A program made the translations under genes and the position numbers. From assembly GCF_001447785.1 (NCBI RefSeq), contig NW_015163611.1, positions 758,549 to 822,548 of the forward strand: DNA of 64,000 nt, written 5' to 3'. Of this stretch, positions 1 through 12,227 are shown in pieces. The stretch comes from Gekko japonicus. Its lineage: Eukaryota. Within the stretch, counting starts at the first letter, position 1. Every line of letters begins with the position of its first letter. The notes under the pieces are model-generated. The model was not told where the DNA came from. It worked only from the letters and a program-made list of their open reading frames with translations, and did no database searches.

Positions 1-474
1 TTCCTAGGGTGGCATGATGTCACTTCTGGCTTTCTGCCGAAAGTGACATCATACCAAAGGTGATTTTGAAATTTCTCTCCAACCAGTCAGTGGAGCAGGG
101 GTGGGACGTTGCTGGCAAGAGGTCTCTTGCCATAGTGAAGATCTGGCAGCCCTTATTGATAGCAGTTACCACCCCTAACAGAAGAAGCTAGGATTAGAAA
201 AAAACTACTCTCCCCATGCCTCCCATTTTCCTGTCTTAAAAGGACGGGTCAGGATAACCACAGCCTAGATAACTGCATCCCATGTGCTCTTCTGCTCCTG
301 TGGAAAGCACCTGAATTCCAGCCCCCTTCAAAGCAGAAGCCAGTACCTTCAGCCTTCCAGGCTGTTCCTCAAGGGGTGAAGCCAGAGCAGAACACCTCAT
401 CTCTGGGTAGCTTACAGAGGATGGTGATGATCATTAGTTTGCAGTGCCTTTTGTGGGCTCATCTATACTCCAAG

Positions 475-748
475 TTCGAGACCCGAGTGTGCCGCATGAC
501 GGAGTGAGCTCCCGTCTCTAGTTCCAGCTCCTGCCAACCTAGCAGTTTGAAAGCAAGAAATTGCAAGTAGATAAATAGGTACCACTTCGGTGGGAAGGTA
601 ACAGCATTCCGTGCGCCTTGGTGTTTAGTCATGCCAGCCACATGACCACGGAAACGTCTTCGGACAGCGCTGGCTCTTTGGCTTTAAAACAGAGATGAGC
701 ATCGCAACTCTTAGAGTCGGATTCGACTGGCTTTCGAGCAACCTTTAC
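475..748 (+). mobile_element. 5'-truncated Sauria SINE
   Basis: Body 'gagctcccgtc...ccagctcctgccaacctagcagtttgaaagc...gtagataaataggtaccac' and 'acctttacc' tail match the Sauria SINE as I recall it. Flanked by 12-bp direct repeat CTATACTCCAAG (463-474, 749-760). Confidence 0.85.
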
Positions 749-1447
749 CTATACTCCAAGCTAGTCCATTCACTTTTCTTGACCTTTGAAGATCAGATTG
801 TCTCAAGGTTGAACTTGCACATGCAGGTTTCCCAGGAAGTTATGTTGTGTATTGTTCTGGAGGGTCTTAAGTCAAAGAGGTGGGGTGGGATATAAATATT
901 TTAAACAGACAGTACATAAGGTGGGAGACTTTCACTCAAGGATAACGGATTGGCAGATCTTACAGTGATAGATGCCAAACTTAACATTCAGAGAGTTAAT
1001 TGTGTTTGCAGGACCTGATCTTGGCGAGAAGTATTGCACTGTATCTACCTTGTTGGAACAATATTTCAGGCTCAGAACACCTTCGCCCCCCAGATAAAAA
1101 AACAACAACCCACCAACAACATCTGAACAGACAAGGAGGCACCTGTACTTTTCAAGGAAGCCACCTGCCTTCTCAATAGGCAAGAAAAAGCACTTTTCTA
1201 CTTTAGCTTAGAATGCTTCACTTCTCCATCAGATACTAAGTTGAGCATCAGTGGATCAGCTAGTGCTCAGTCATCAAGCATTTAGTGAGCAATCAGGTTG
1301 AGGGTTCTTGTCATCAGTTTCTTTGCTAACTAATGGAAACAAGCAGGTGTCTCTATTTGAACGGTGATACCAGGCAGAAGATGCAAGTCTAGTTGATACA
1401 AGCCCATTGGCCATGCAGGTGCAGTCTTTTTGTTTCATTTGTGGGAC

Positions 1448-1625
1448 TGGGTTGGGAAATACCTGGAGATTTTGGGTGGTGCCTGGGGCAGGTGGGACCT
1501 TAGCAGGATATAGTGCCATAAAATCTTGAAAACAGCCATTTTCTCCAGGGAAACTGATCTTGGTCATCTGGCGATAAATTGTAATAGTGGGAGAATTCCA
1601 GGTAGCACCTGGATATTGGCAACCA
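1448..1625 (+). mobile_element. Copy of an abundant hAT-like MITE family ('agggttgcca...tggcaacc' ends)
   Basis: The same sequence recurs at about 15280-15420, 19737-19860, 26310-26510, 41279-41690, 51726-51790 and 63885-64000. Termini resemble MER53-type hAT TIRs. Confidence 0.6.
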
Positions 1626-2186
1626 TATTCATTTGGCATTCCCTCAGTGATCTCTCCTTCCTGTCCACCGTTTTAATTGTAGGGTTTTTTGGTATGTATT
1701 TTAGTTCTGGTTATAATTATGTTAATGTGTTGGGGGGTTGAGTTGATCGGTTGGCTGGCTTTAATAGTTTCAAAATGTGGTTTTTATTATGTATGTTTTG
1801 GCTTGTTGGCTGCCTTGGTGGCCTTTGAGAGGGAAGAGAAATGGGATAGAATTTTTTTTAATAAATAAAATAATTTATAACAAGATGAAGTAAACAAGGA
1901 TAGAATGTAAATGTTGACTGTATTAGCACTCCCCTCCCTTGACATGTTAAAAGTTCCTGTAAGTCCAGCATTGGCAAGTGATGATGTTGTACTTATTATT
2001 TCTTCCTGAGGGTGCTGATTTTTCATATGCTAAATCATTCACATGTGCACCAACTTTTCAGAAAACAAATATAATTGCTTTATGACAAAACAAATCCAGG
2101 AGGCAGAAGGAATTTTTTTTAAAGGCTAACACCAAGCAGCATTATTAGCACAATTTTTTGACAGTTATTCCCTGTCCAGAAAACTG

Positions 2187-2423
2187 GAATTTATGGAGGA
2201 TAGGTCTATCAGTGGCTACTAGTCCTGGTGACTGAGGGGAACCTCCACATTCAGAAGCAGTAAGCCCTTGAAACTCAGAGCCAGGAGGCAACATCAGGGG
2301 AAGGCTTCGGCCTCTATGCCCCATTGTTGGCCCTCCAGAGGAACAGGCTGGCCACTGTGCGAGGCAGGATGCTCTTCTAGAGGGACCATTGGTCTGATCC
2401 AGCAGGGCTCTTCTTACGTTCTT
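2187..2423 (+). mobile_element. CR1-type LINE 3' end
   Basis: Encodes the ORF2 C-terminus FMEDRSISGY*, then a 3' UTR ending 'ggtctgatccagcagggctcttcttacgttctt'. Confidence 0.7.
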
Positions 2424-3474
2424 GTGAATCATTCTCCCAAGAAAGGCAAGCCAGTTACTTCTACAAGTTCTGTGTGTCTGTATATGCTAGGGAGATTTAA
2501 GTAGCGTTTTAGCTGTATATGTCATAGTAGATGACACTGCTTTATTATTTTTTTTCCTAAGCCATACAAAGCTGCTTAAAACACATTGTAAAAATGAAAT
2601 TAACAAAAGCATTCATAAATGTGTGCCTGTGTTTGATAAATTAAATTTTCCCCTGCAGCTCAGGGTTGCTTTGTTCAGATGATTAACTCTAGAAAGAACT
2701 GACATCCCAATTAATCTATATAGTCAGCCAATACAAATGCTTGTTTTATTGACTTGCAATGTGTTTATCATCCCTTGAAAGAACTAAGAGGTCTGGCCAG
2801 ACTCTAGTCCCAGCCCCATTTGAAGATGAAAGCCGCTGAGTTTCAAGTACTAATTTACATCATGAAACACTTAGAAGATCACACGTGCAACATATTTTGG
2901 TATACAAAGGGGTGTTTCCAGTCCCTGGCACTTGGATCAAAACGTATTTTCACTTCAGAAGGGAAAAGAGTCTGGAGTATCCAGTAAGTCAGTCAAAGTG
3001 AGTGTTAGCCAGGAGCTATTTACTTTGAGTCCTTTACAATCGTTTTCATTTTCTTCCCGGCATGTATCTTCAATTTTCCTTTAAAGTTTACTTTAATCTA
3101 TCTGTTGATTCAAATGAAACAAGAAATCTTTTACATATAAAAGGTAATGCTGTCATCTACATTTCTCTGATTCCAGAGACACTAGAAATCCTTTCCCCCC
3201 TGCTTATGAAAGGGGAATTGCATTTGTAAAAAGGTTTAGCTTTTTTTCATTCCAGAGTTCCAGTTTTGCAACCTACACATGCACACAGATGCTAACAGTG
3301 CTTTGCAATAATTTTTAAGCACCTAGGTGTGTTGGTTTTATCTAGCTGAACTGAACAACTGGGGGCACCAAATAAAAGAGAGGATTTCCTTCCCCCATAA
3401 TACATCTGATCTTTAACTGTGACAGCTGCTCTTCAGGTGAATGGTGTAAACTGTGGGTGAACACATCCCTTTAC

Positions 3475-3862
3475 TGGATCAGACCATCCCTTTACTGGAT
3501 CTGACCATCAGTCCATCAAGGTTAGCACTGTCTACTCAAACAGGCAGTGGCTCTCCAGGTTTGCAGGCAGAGGTTTTTCACCTCAATTCCTACCCAGTCC
3601 TTTAAACTGGGGAGGCCAAGAATTTAACTGGGAGCCTTTTGCACGCCAGACAGATGTGGTGCCACTGAGCCATGACTGCTCTCCTAGAGAAATCACACCT
3701 ACATGAAATCGCTCATGAAGCTGAATCAGACCATTGGTCCAACAGGGTCAGTATTGTCTACTCAGACTGGTGGTGGCTCTCCAGGGTCTCACCTACTTCC
3801 TGGTCCTTTTACCTGGAGATGCCAGGGATTGAAACAAGGACCTTTAGGATGGAAAGCAGAGG
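3475..3862 (-). mobile_element. Two adjacent decayed tRNA-derived SINEs
   Basis: Reverse-complement similarity to the SINE at 31974-32170. Confidence 0.6.
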
Positions 3863-4524
3863 TGCTCTTTCTTTTAAATTTCAAACATTCCTCATGATAT
3901 TTTCTTCATCGAGATCACTGTTTCCCAGCCTATGGGTTGGGGCCCAAAAGTGGGTTGCAAAGCCTCTGAAAGTGGGTCACAGCTCTCCTTAATGTTCGCT
4001 CCTGCTCTGTGCATCATCCTTTCTCTTTGTCCTCCTTGTCAACATCTCAAATTCCCACCTTCCACCTTTCCTTGCAGCAATGTGGGGGTGGGGGAAGCTG
4101 CCCAGCAACTAGTAACTTTACGGTAGTAGCTGGAAGTAGGGGAAAATAGAATTCCACTTACTTCGGGGCAGCTGTACCCTTTTGTGTGGTGTGTGGGAGT
4201 TTTTCAACAACATCTAGTTGGTCACTGTAGAAAATGGAATGTTGGACTAGATGGGTGACAAGGTAACTGTTTGCCACAGGTGCCAACCGCCCCCCCCCCC
4301 GGGCTGGTCCTGGATAGATCACCATACCAAATAAACTTGTATTTGTGGGTCAGCATCCCAAAAAGGTTGGGAACCAGTGATCTAGATTGCCTGCTCCCTT
4401 AATGCTGGTTCCTAGTCAATGGGCTAAAACATTCAGGTACCTTCTGTAAGAGATGAGGACAGGAAAAGGAAGCAAGATAGGTGATAGGAAGCAGCCAGCT
4501 CTTTTTGCTAGACTACCAGTTGAC

Positions 4525-4690
4525 ATAAGAACATAAGAGATGTCAATGTTGGATCAGGCCAAAGGCCCATCCAGTCCAACACTCTGTCACACAGTGACCA
4601 AAAATACCAGGTGCCATCAGGAGGTCCAGCAGTGGGGCCAGGACACTAGAAGCCCTCCCACTGTGGACCCCCTCCCCAAGCACCAAGACA
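4525..4690 (-). mobile_element. CR1-type LINE 3' tail fragment
   Basis: 'cataagaacataaga...ttggatcaggccaaaggcccatccagtccaacac' is the reverse complement of the tail type seen at 2390-2423. Confidence 0.6.
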
Positions 4691-6199
4691 ATTGGAAACA
4701 ATAGAAAGAACAACACTATCAGTTCTTAGTGATCTTCTAGTATGGTTTTCTGGGTTCTGTGGAAAGAAGGCATGTGTAAGCCATTCAGAATTATTATTGC
4801 TTTGGTACTTAAGGTCAGTCTTAATTTTCAGGACGTGTGAGGAAAATGGAATGTAGACTTTTGTTTCTGTAATGAGATTCTGAATTAACTTTTTGATTTT
4901 TTCTCTCTCTCCTCCCTTGAATGTGGCCATCACTGTCTAGGAAGATGAGCCTAGTGAGATCCCACTGCCTGGACCCCCAAAGCACCAGCGCTGGAATTTC
5001 TGAGAGAGTTATATGTAGGAACTGGCAGATAATTGATACGTCTATATGATGAGGGATTCATGGCACTCTCTGACCTTTCACTAATTGGCATTCTTTCTCA
5101 GTCTTGTCCATTCCAGGTCTGATTTAACCACAAAAAAAAAGCCTTTTGCTAACAGTTTGAAAGATTTTTTTTAAAAGAGTCACCAAATGATTTAAACACT
5201 GACAGTCATTTTTATGTAGGCCAGTCACTGTGAATCAATTACTGTTCCTGACTGCAGTAACACATCCCTCAAAAATAGAGCAAGTTTAAAAAACACAAGT
5301 CGCAATGCACAGAATTTCTGGGAGGTGAATCACAAACCACCCATTTTTCTTTGTCCACTTTGCTTTGTATCTTTTTTGTCAGGTCCCCCACCCCCACCCC
5401 CAGTTTGTCCATCCGTGCTGGTGCTGGTGCTTTTCTTACAGTGTGTGAGCACTGTAACATTTGGCTATGCAAAACGATGGCCCACTAAAATTGATCTAGG
5501 CATGTGAAAGAGAGTTCTGACTTGCACTGTTTTCATGCTGCTGATTTCACAAGGGTCATGGGGGGATGCCCTTGTGATCAGTTCTGCAATGAAAGGGACT
5601 CGTGAAGCAATTTCCTTTTTACGTGTAACCTAATAAGCCAGAGCACAGAGCATTTGGGAACAGTCTTCTGCTGCGGCCTCTTGTCAGAAACCTTCATGGT
5701 AGTGCACATCCTAGCTAGTTTCACCTTTCGCAACTTAGGGCTAAAACTGTGGATTTTTGGATCCCGGAAATAAAGTTGGTGCCACTGAAAACAAAGAGAG
5801 CAAGTTGGCTATCAAACGAGTGGTGACACATCCCTAACATAAAAGAGTGTGTTATCTGTTAAGTGTTGAAGTGGAACTCTCTCTCACTACCTGCACAATT
5901 GATTTTTCGTTTAGCAGATTGTCTATTCGTTGTCTCTTCTGTTACAGCTCTGAATAAAAAAACCCCAACTTCTTTGGTCGCCGTCCCCGGCTTTTTAAGC
6001 TACAGTATACCTGTTTCTTATTTTCTTCCGAAGCCCGTTTTTCTTCTCCTATCCTGTGCTCTTGAGGTTCAAATTGTACTTCTCATAGATGTAGTTCTAC
6101 ACATTTCTGCACTTGCAAATGTTGGCTTGATTACCATAATCACCTTATGAGGAGACAGTTTTCACACTGCATAGTTGAAGGCCTTCTGCTGAGAGGAGA

Positions 6200-6510
6200 A
6201 ACTGTTGGCACAGTGGTAGAGCATCTGTTTGGAATCCAGAAGATCCCAGCTTCAGTTCTTGGCAACTCCAGTTAAAAGGTAGTTTTAGGTGGGTAGCTGT
6301 GTGGGTCTAAAGTAGAGGGGTAAGATTTTGAGTCAAAGCTCCCTTCATCAGATCTTGCTCCAGTTAAATTTTGCTCCAGTTAAAAGGTTCATTTAGTAGG
6401 TAATGTGAAAAACCTCTCCCTGGGACCCCTGAGGAGCCTCTGCTAGGCAAACCATTGGTCTGTCAAAGTCAGTCTTGTCTACTCTGATTCAGTATAAGGC
6501 AGTTTCATGT
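6200..6510 (+). mobile_element. tRNA-derived SINE interrupted by a Penelope-like fragment
   Basis: tRNA-like head 'ggcacagtggtagagcatctg'. Insert 6281-6373 is flanked by a duplicated 'ctccagttaaaaggt'. Confidence 0.6.
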
Positions 6511-7599
6511 ATAATGTTGTAAGCAAATATCTTTATATACTAGGTTATCCTTAAGCAGTCAGAGACTTACCCAAAATGCAAAGCTTTATGAATTGAATAA
6601 ATTGCAGATGTCGACAAACGTGTGTACATCGTCCCATAGGCAGAGAGAACTGTAGAAGCCAGCAATTCTCTTGTAAGCGTACCTTCCCAGTGTACATATT
6701 TCATATTAATGATATTGGAACAATTAATGAAGTGTGTTAACTCAGAACATGTGCCTCCATAATGCATGATTAGTGGTTGCGTTTGGAAGCCAGTACGGAC
6801 ATCATCTTCCCAATGCGTGCCCAGAGCAGAGACAAACAAAAACATTTACAGTTAGTGGTTGGCAACTTCTATCGAATCCCACTGTGGTGAGTTCTTCAAC
6901 TCTGGAGAATCTTAAAGGTCTGTTCCATCATGCTAAGTAGTAGAAAGGATTTTAATACACATTTGTCACATGTTTGTCAATATCCATCCTCTGTACAGAT
7001 ACAGTACAAATGCTAGTATCCTGTACTTTGCCTTCAGTTTGAAGAATGATGGTGGGCCCATAGCCACTGCTATAACTGCCTTGCATAAGAAGGCAAACAA
7101 TCAGTTAAATGACAAAAATGGCCTGGTCTTTGCTGTAGGCTGGCTGGCTAATCCATATGATGGAACCTGGGAAACAAAGAGACATCTGTGTCACAGAATG
7201 CATCCTCCATGATCATTAATTTGACCTCTAAGGGGTGGTGTGTATTGGTTTGCATGCATAAGACACAGGTGCATACCATGCTACACAACAAGCCACAACT
7301 TCCGTGTGATGTTTTGGTGCCCATTTATGCACTGTGGTAGCATACATATGCACCAAAGAGCTCCACATAATTCTTTTCTGCCCTTTCGTCCTCTAATTCT
7401 GGCATCCAGCCAAAAGAGTAAAATTGTGCTGAGCTTGTAAAAGGCTGGCCTTTTGCCAACCTTGTTAGTACCACCATTCATCCATTATAGGGTTTATAGT
7501 CCCCCCCTGTGTTAAGTATTAATAATAATCAGAAAAGCTACGACCTAGCAGGGCTTGAAGTTTTATGGAAAATTGGGAGGGCTAAGGTGTCATATGACC

Positions 7600-7680
7600 G
7601 GTTGCCAAGGAGCCACCCAAACATTTCCTGCTGCTTCCTGCTATAACCAATGGGGGATGCTTTCGCAGTTGCTAGGTAAC
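7600..7680. promoter_or_regulatory. RFX X-box / CCAAT / ETS motif cluster
   Basis: Near-palindromic GTTGCTAGGTAAC (7668-7680), a second X-box-like GTTGCCAAGGAGC (7601-7613), CCAAT (7647-7651) and two TTCCTG, all in unique sequence. Confidence 0.4.
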
Positions 7681-8599
7681 GGGTTCTGTGATTCCCCCTA
7701 ATTTATTTCCGCCTCCCATAATTAAGCCTCCTGAGTCCTATCAACCTGAAGAGGTTATTCAACAGGAGGACTGAAATTCCTCCTGCTGCTGTTGCCAGCA
7801 CTTTTACATCTGGCTTTTTGCCAGCAGAGCTCTGCTTAATCATAGGAAGGTGTAGCAGGAAGGGAGAAAGATGCGAGGGAGGAAGATTAGGAGAAATGCT
7901 GCAAATGGTTGCACAGCAGGTCCCAAAGGTTATTTTGCATTTCTTCCATTATTAAACTTGTGAAGTTCTGCTGGCACAAAGCGAGCAATGGTGTTACTCC
8001 TGAAGCTGCTGTGGTCAAGCTGGCATGGGGTTTGCTTGAGTCAGAAATAACCACCAAGTAGTCAGATACAACCTGAGGGTCACCAGGTATTGAAAGAGCT
8101 ATGTGAAGTGGAGCGTTGAGTCAAATTGATAAAACTTCTTTGTTGGAGGTCCACCAATTTTTGTTGGCCTTTGCATTCAGCCTTTACCTGTAGCTTTCCT
8201 GCCCTTCTTCTTGAGTTCCCTTGGCTCTGAGCTTGAATGACTTGGATAAAAGACCCAGGACAAGTGGACGTAGCTTGTCACTTTTTACCAGGCTTAGAGA
8301 AGCTCTGTGTCTGTTCGATAGATCATCACTTCTTCTGATGGTGCTTGAAACCTGGCACAAAGTGAAAGAAAAAGATCTTGCCCCTTCCTCAAGTCTTCCC
8401 GATACTCAGTCCTCCTCACAGAATAGCAGCATTTATCCATACTTAAGGAGGAGTTTTGTTATACAACTGACGAAATATGGAGTGAAGACATTCCCAAACC
8501 TTGCTCACCGGATCAGAAACCTTGGGAACTGTATAACACTTTGGGGTGGCCTGTGTCAGCTAGCTGTGTCAGAACCTTGCTGGCCTGGATGCAGGAGGC

Positions 8600-9170
8600 G
8601 GAGTATGCCGAGAGCAACAGATGAAACAGGGGTTGTGTCTGAAATGTGGGGATCAGGGCCACTTCGCAGCCAACTGCTCTGTGGGGGAGGCTACAGGGTC
8701 GGTGACAAGCGCCGAGTCAACATGCCCTCCGAGAAGAAGGCGGTGAAAGTCAGAACCCCCCGTGCTCTGCAAGCCGAGGTGGAAATGCTAGAGCCAGGAT
8801 CAAGTGAGGAGGAGGAGATGGAACCAGCGGGAAAAGGCCATGTCCTGCTGTAAGTGGCGCAGCGCAGCAGGACCCATCCACAGAGGCGCCAAAAGTGGTG
8901 AGCAGCTATCCACCCCTTTTTTTGTGACTGTTACAATTATGAATCCCGCCATGGGACGCACATTAGGGTCTGGGGTCTCATTGACTTGGGATGTGGGTGG
9001 GATCTGATCAACCTCTCCTTAGTGTCGGGACTAGAGGCGGCCGTGGTTAGATTGGCCAAGCCCTTAATTTTTACTCAAATGGATGGGTCCTCAATGAAAG
9101 AGCCCTGTAAATTCGAGATTGTGCCTTTGCGTATGGGGGCTGGCAATCATTGGGAAGATTGAACTTTTGT
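8600..9170 (+). pseudogene. Gypsy gag zinc knuckle and aspartic protease remnants
   Basis: GLCLKCGDQGHFAANC (CX2CX4HX4C) at about 8629-8677. LIDLG (degenerate D-S-G) at about 8976-8990. Confidence 0.8.
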
Positions 9171-9171
9171 A

Positions 9172-10780
9172 GTGTCACCCCGAGCTAGGTTTCCCTTGGT
9201 GTTGGGAAACCCTTGGCTCCATGGACATGATCCATATATATTATGGGGCGACAGGGTGATACGGTTCATCTCCCCTAAGTGTCGACACCATGTGTGGAAC
9301 CCGAAGTGGGGAGTAGCTCCCGCTAGCGAACCAGCTCGTGTTTGTTTAGCTACGGAGGAACTTGCCAAAATCCCGAGGAAGTATAGAGACTTAACACGGG
9401 TGTTTGAAGAGGAAGAAGCTGATGGGCTCCCACCCCACCGCAACTCTGACTGCGTGATCGAGTTATTGCCAGGGCATGAAATGCCGAAGAGGAAGCTCTA
9501 TGTTATCAGCCCCGGTGAGAAAAAAGGGTTGCGGAAGTTTATAGATAAAAATTTGGCCAGGGGATTCATCCGGCCAGCTGCTTCCCTGTTTGCAGCCCCC
9601 GTCCTCTTTTGGAAAAAGAAAGATGGGGGCTTAAGACTGTGTACTGACTATCGTGGATTGAATGCAATCTCTTCCACGAATGCCTACCCCATGCCATTGA
9701 TCAAAGATCTCTTGGCTGAAGTTGCTAAAGGAAAAATCTTTTCTAAACTTGATTTGCGAGTCGCTTATTTCCGTGTGCGCATACGGGAGAGGGATGAATA
9801 CAAGACAGTTTTCAACACCCCCCTAGGCAAGTTCGAGTACCTGGTGATGCCATTCGACCTCCAGGGGGCTCCTGGATTTTTTATGAGCCTAATAAATGAA
9901 GTGTTGCACAAGCACCTGTTCAAAGGGATCCTGGTCTACTTGGACGACATTTTATTGTACTCCCCTGATGGCCTCTCATGTGCAGTTGGTGAGAGAGGTG
10001 CTACAGACGTTACATAAGCACAAACTGTTTGCCAAACTATCAAAATACGAATTCCATAAGACTGAAATTGACTTTCTCAGCTATCATATCTCTCAAAGGG
10101 GGATAGAGATGGACCCAGGGAAGGTGAAAGACATGCTAGGATGGGAGGCTCCCAAAACTTGCTGGCAGCTTCAGAGTTTCTTAGGTTTCGCTAATTTCCA
10201 TAGAAATTTCCTGCCAAACTTTGCCCAAGTGAGTTTGCCCCTGACTGACTTATTGAAAACCAAAGGGAAGGAGCCAACTGCTACTAAGCCCGGGTTAAAA
10301 CTGGAGTGGGCTCCTGAGTGCCAAAAAGCGTTCAATCAATTAAAGGCTCTGTTTACAACAGAACTGGTGTTGGCGCATCCGGATGAAACAAAAAAAAATT
10401 GTGGTCCAAGTGGATGTGTTAGATGTTGCTATGGGGGTGCGATCTTGCAAGAAGGGGCAGATGGCAAGCTCCATCCCCTGGTGTAGGTATCCCGCAAATT
10501 TAACGACACAGAAAGAAATTGATCGGTATGGGATTGAGGAAGCAGGAGCAATCCGACTGGCGCTCTCCACTTGAAGGCACTGGTTGGAGGGGGCATGAGT
10601 ACCATTTGAGGTTTGGACTGATCATAAAAACCTCGTAGTGCTCCACACCCCTCGCAACTTGAACGCCAAGCAGCTTTGGTGGACTGACTTTTTCTCAGTT
10701 TCAGTTCACGTTGCACCATTTCCCAGGCAAATCAAACTCCCTGGCTGATGCTTTGTCCCGCCTCCCGCAACACGATAGCC
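9172..10780 (+). pseudogene. pol: Gypsy pol reverse transcriptase and RNase H (frameshifted)
   Basis: LRLCTDYRGLN, FSKLDL, MPF, YLDD, LQSFLGFANF, VVQVD and NSLADALSR motifs spread over ORFs 9172-10017, 9896-10486, 10383-10574 and 10711-10998. Confidence 0.93.
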
Positions 10781-11029
10781 AAAGGGAGGTGGTGCTAGAC
10801 TCCATGTTTACACCTTCCCAATTAGGTGGAGCAGTAATGACACGACAAAAAGCGAAGGCAAACCTCCCCCTTTCCCCTCCCGCGGGGGGCTGGGAAGCCA
10901 AATTTGCCTCTGCACTCTCAAAAGCTGATGTGGAGGAAGTGTGGGCGGCAGGGGGACTTGGAACAACAGGACAATGGCTGCTGGTACAAAGAAAATAAAC
11001 TGTTTGCTCCAAATCTGTTGCCGTGGTAG

Positions 11030-12190
11030 CTGCAGTTCATGATCTAAGCTAGCTGGCCATTTGGGCTTTGTAAAATCACTGCATCTTTTACAGCACCAAT
11101 TCTGGTGGATGCACATGCGCAAGAATTTATCAGTGTATGTGCACTCATGTCAAATCTGCATTATGTGTAAGCCTAGACCGGGAAAGCCCCCAGGGCTCTT
11201 GAAGCCACTGCTGACTCCCAGTAGACCATGGGAGGGGGTTTCTATGGATTTTATCACAGACTTACCTCCTAGCAAGTCTATGACTGTAATTTGGGTAGTC
11301 GTAGACCTGTTTTCCAAACAGGTTCATTTCATCCCATTTCCCAGTTTGCCAACTGCCCGGTCGTTAGCGAAAGCTTTCCTCCAACATGTATTTAGACTTC
11401 ACATGTTGCCAAACAAGATAATCACGGATCACAGATCCCAATTTGTTTCAAAGTTTTGGGGGGAACTAATGGACTTTATGGGGGTGGAACGGGCCCTAAG
11501 CAGTGCTTACCACCCAGAGACTGACGGCCAAATGGAACGGGTGAATCAAACCCTAGAGCAATATTTGCGCTGCTTCATCAACTTGCAACAAGATGATTGG
11601 GTTGACTTGCTGCCCTTGGCTGAATTCTGTTATAATAACGCTTATCATTAATCCATGGGTGTTTCGCTTTTTAAGGCTGCACTGGGCTAAGACAGCCCCC
11701 AGGTCCCCTACCAGGCTGACAAGAAATGGGTGGAGGGTTGGGTGTTGCAGCTTGGGGACTCTGTGTATGTGTCCACCAAGAATCTGAGACTCTCTCAATC
11801 CTCTTGGAAATTGGTGTGGAAGTACATCGGGCCTTTTAAAGTGCTCAGACTGATCAATGATGTGACTGTAGAATTAGATTTGCCTAAAAATCTAAAACAT
11901 GTCCATCCCATTTTCCATTTCAGCCTTTTGAAGCCCAGTCCAGGTCTTAATCGATGGTGCCCTGAACCAACAGTACCTCCTCCTCTCTTGGTGGAAGGTG
12001 AAGAACACTACAAAATCTCTAAAATTCTGGATTCTAAACAGAAATGAGGACACTTATATTACCTTGTAGAGTGGGTGCATTTTGATCCCCAACACCGGGA
12101 ATGGGTGGAAGAAGGGGATATTTGGACCCCTGACCTCTTGCATGATTTTCATGAACGTCTCCCGGGGAAACCGGGAGGTCTCCCGGGCAT
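11030..12190 (+). pseudogene. Gypsy integrase with C-terminal chromodomain (disrupted)
   Basis: HHCC finger remnant, SMDFITDLP, VVVDLFSK, AYHPETDGQMER, YIGPFKV, then EEHYKISKILDS...YYLVEW...EWV. Confidence 0.9.
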
Positions 12191-12227
12191 TCCGGGAGGG
12201 GGCTGATTTTCTTTTGAGGGGGCAGAA

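Noticed and set aside
7960-8520. Possible minus-strand L1 ORF1 remnant
   Set aside because: Only faint similarity (NRHR...RPLVL); too decayed to support.
8221-8853. 210-aa ORF as a host gene
   Set aside because: Non-ATG start, spans the Gypsy insertion boundary, mostly off-frame over gag, no recognisable domain.
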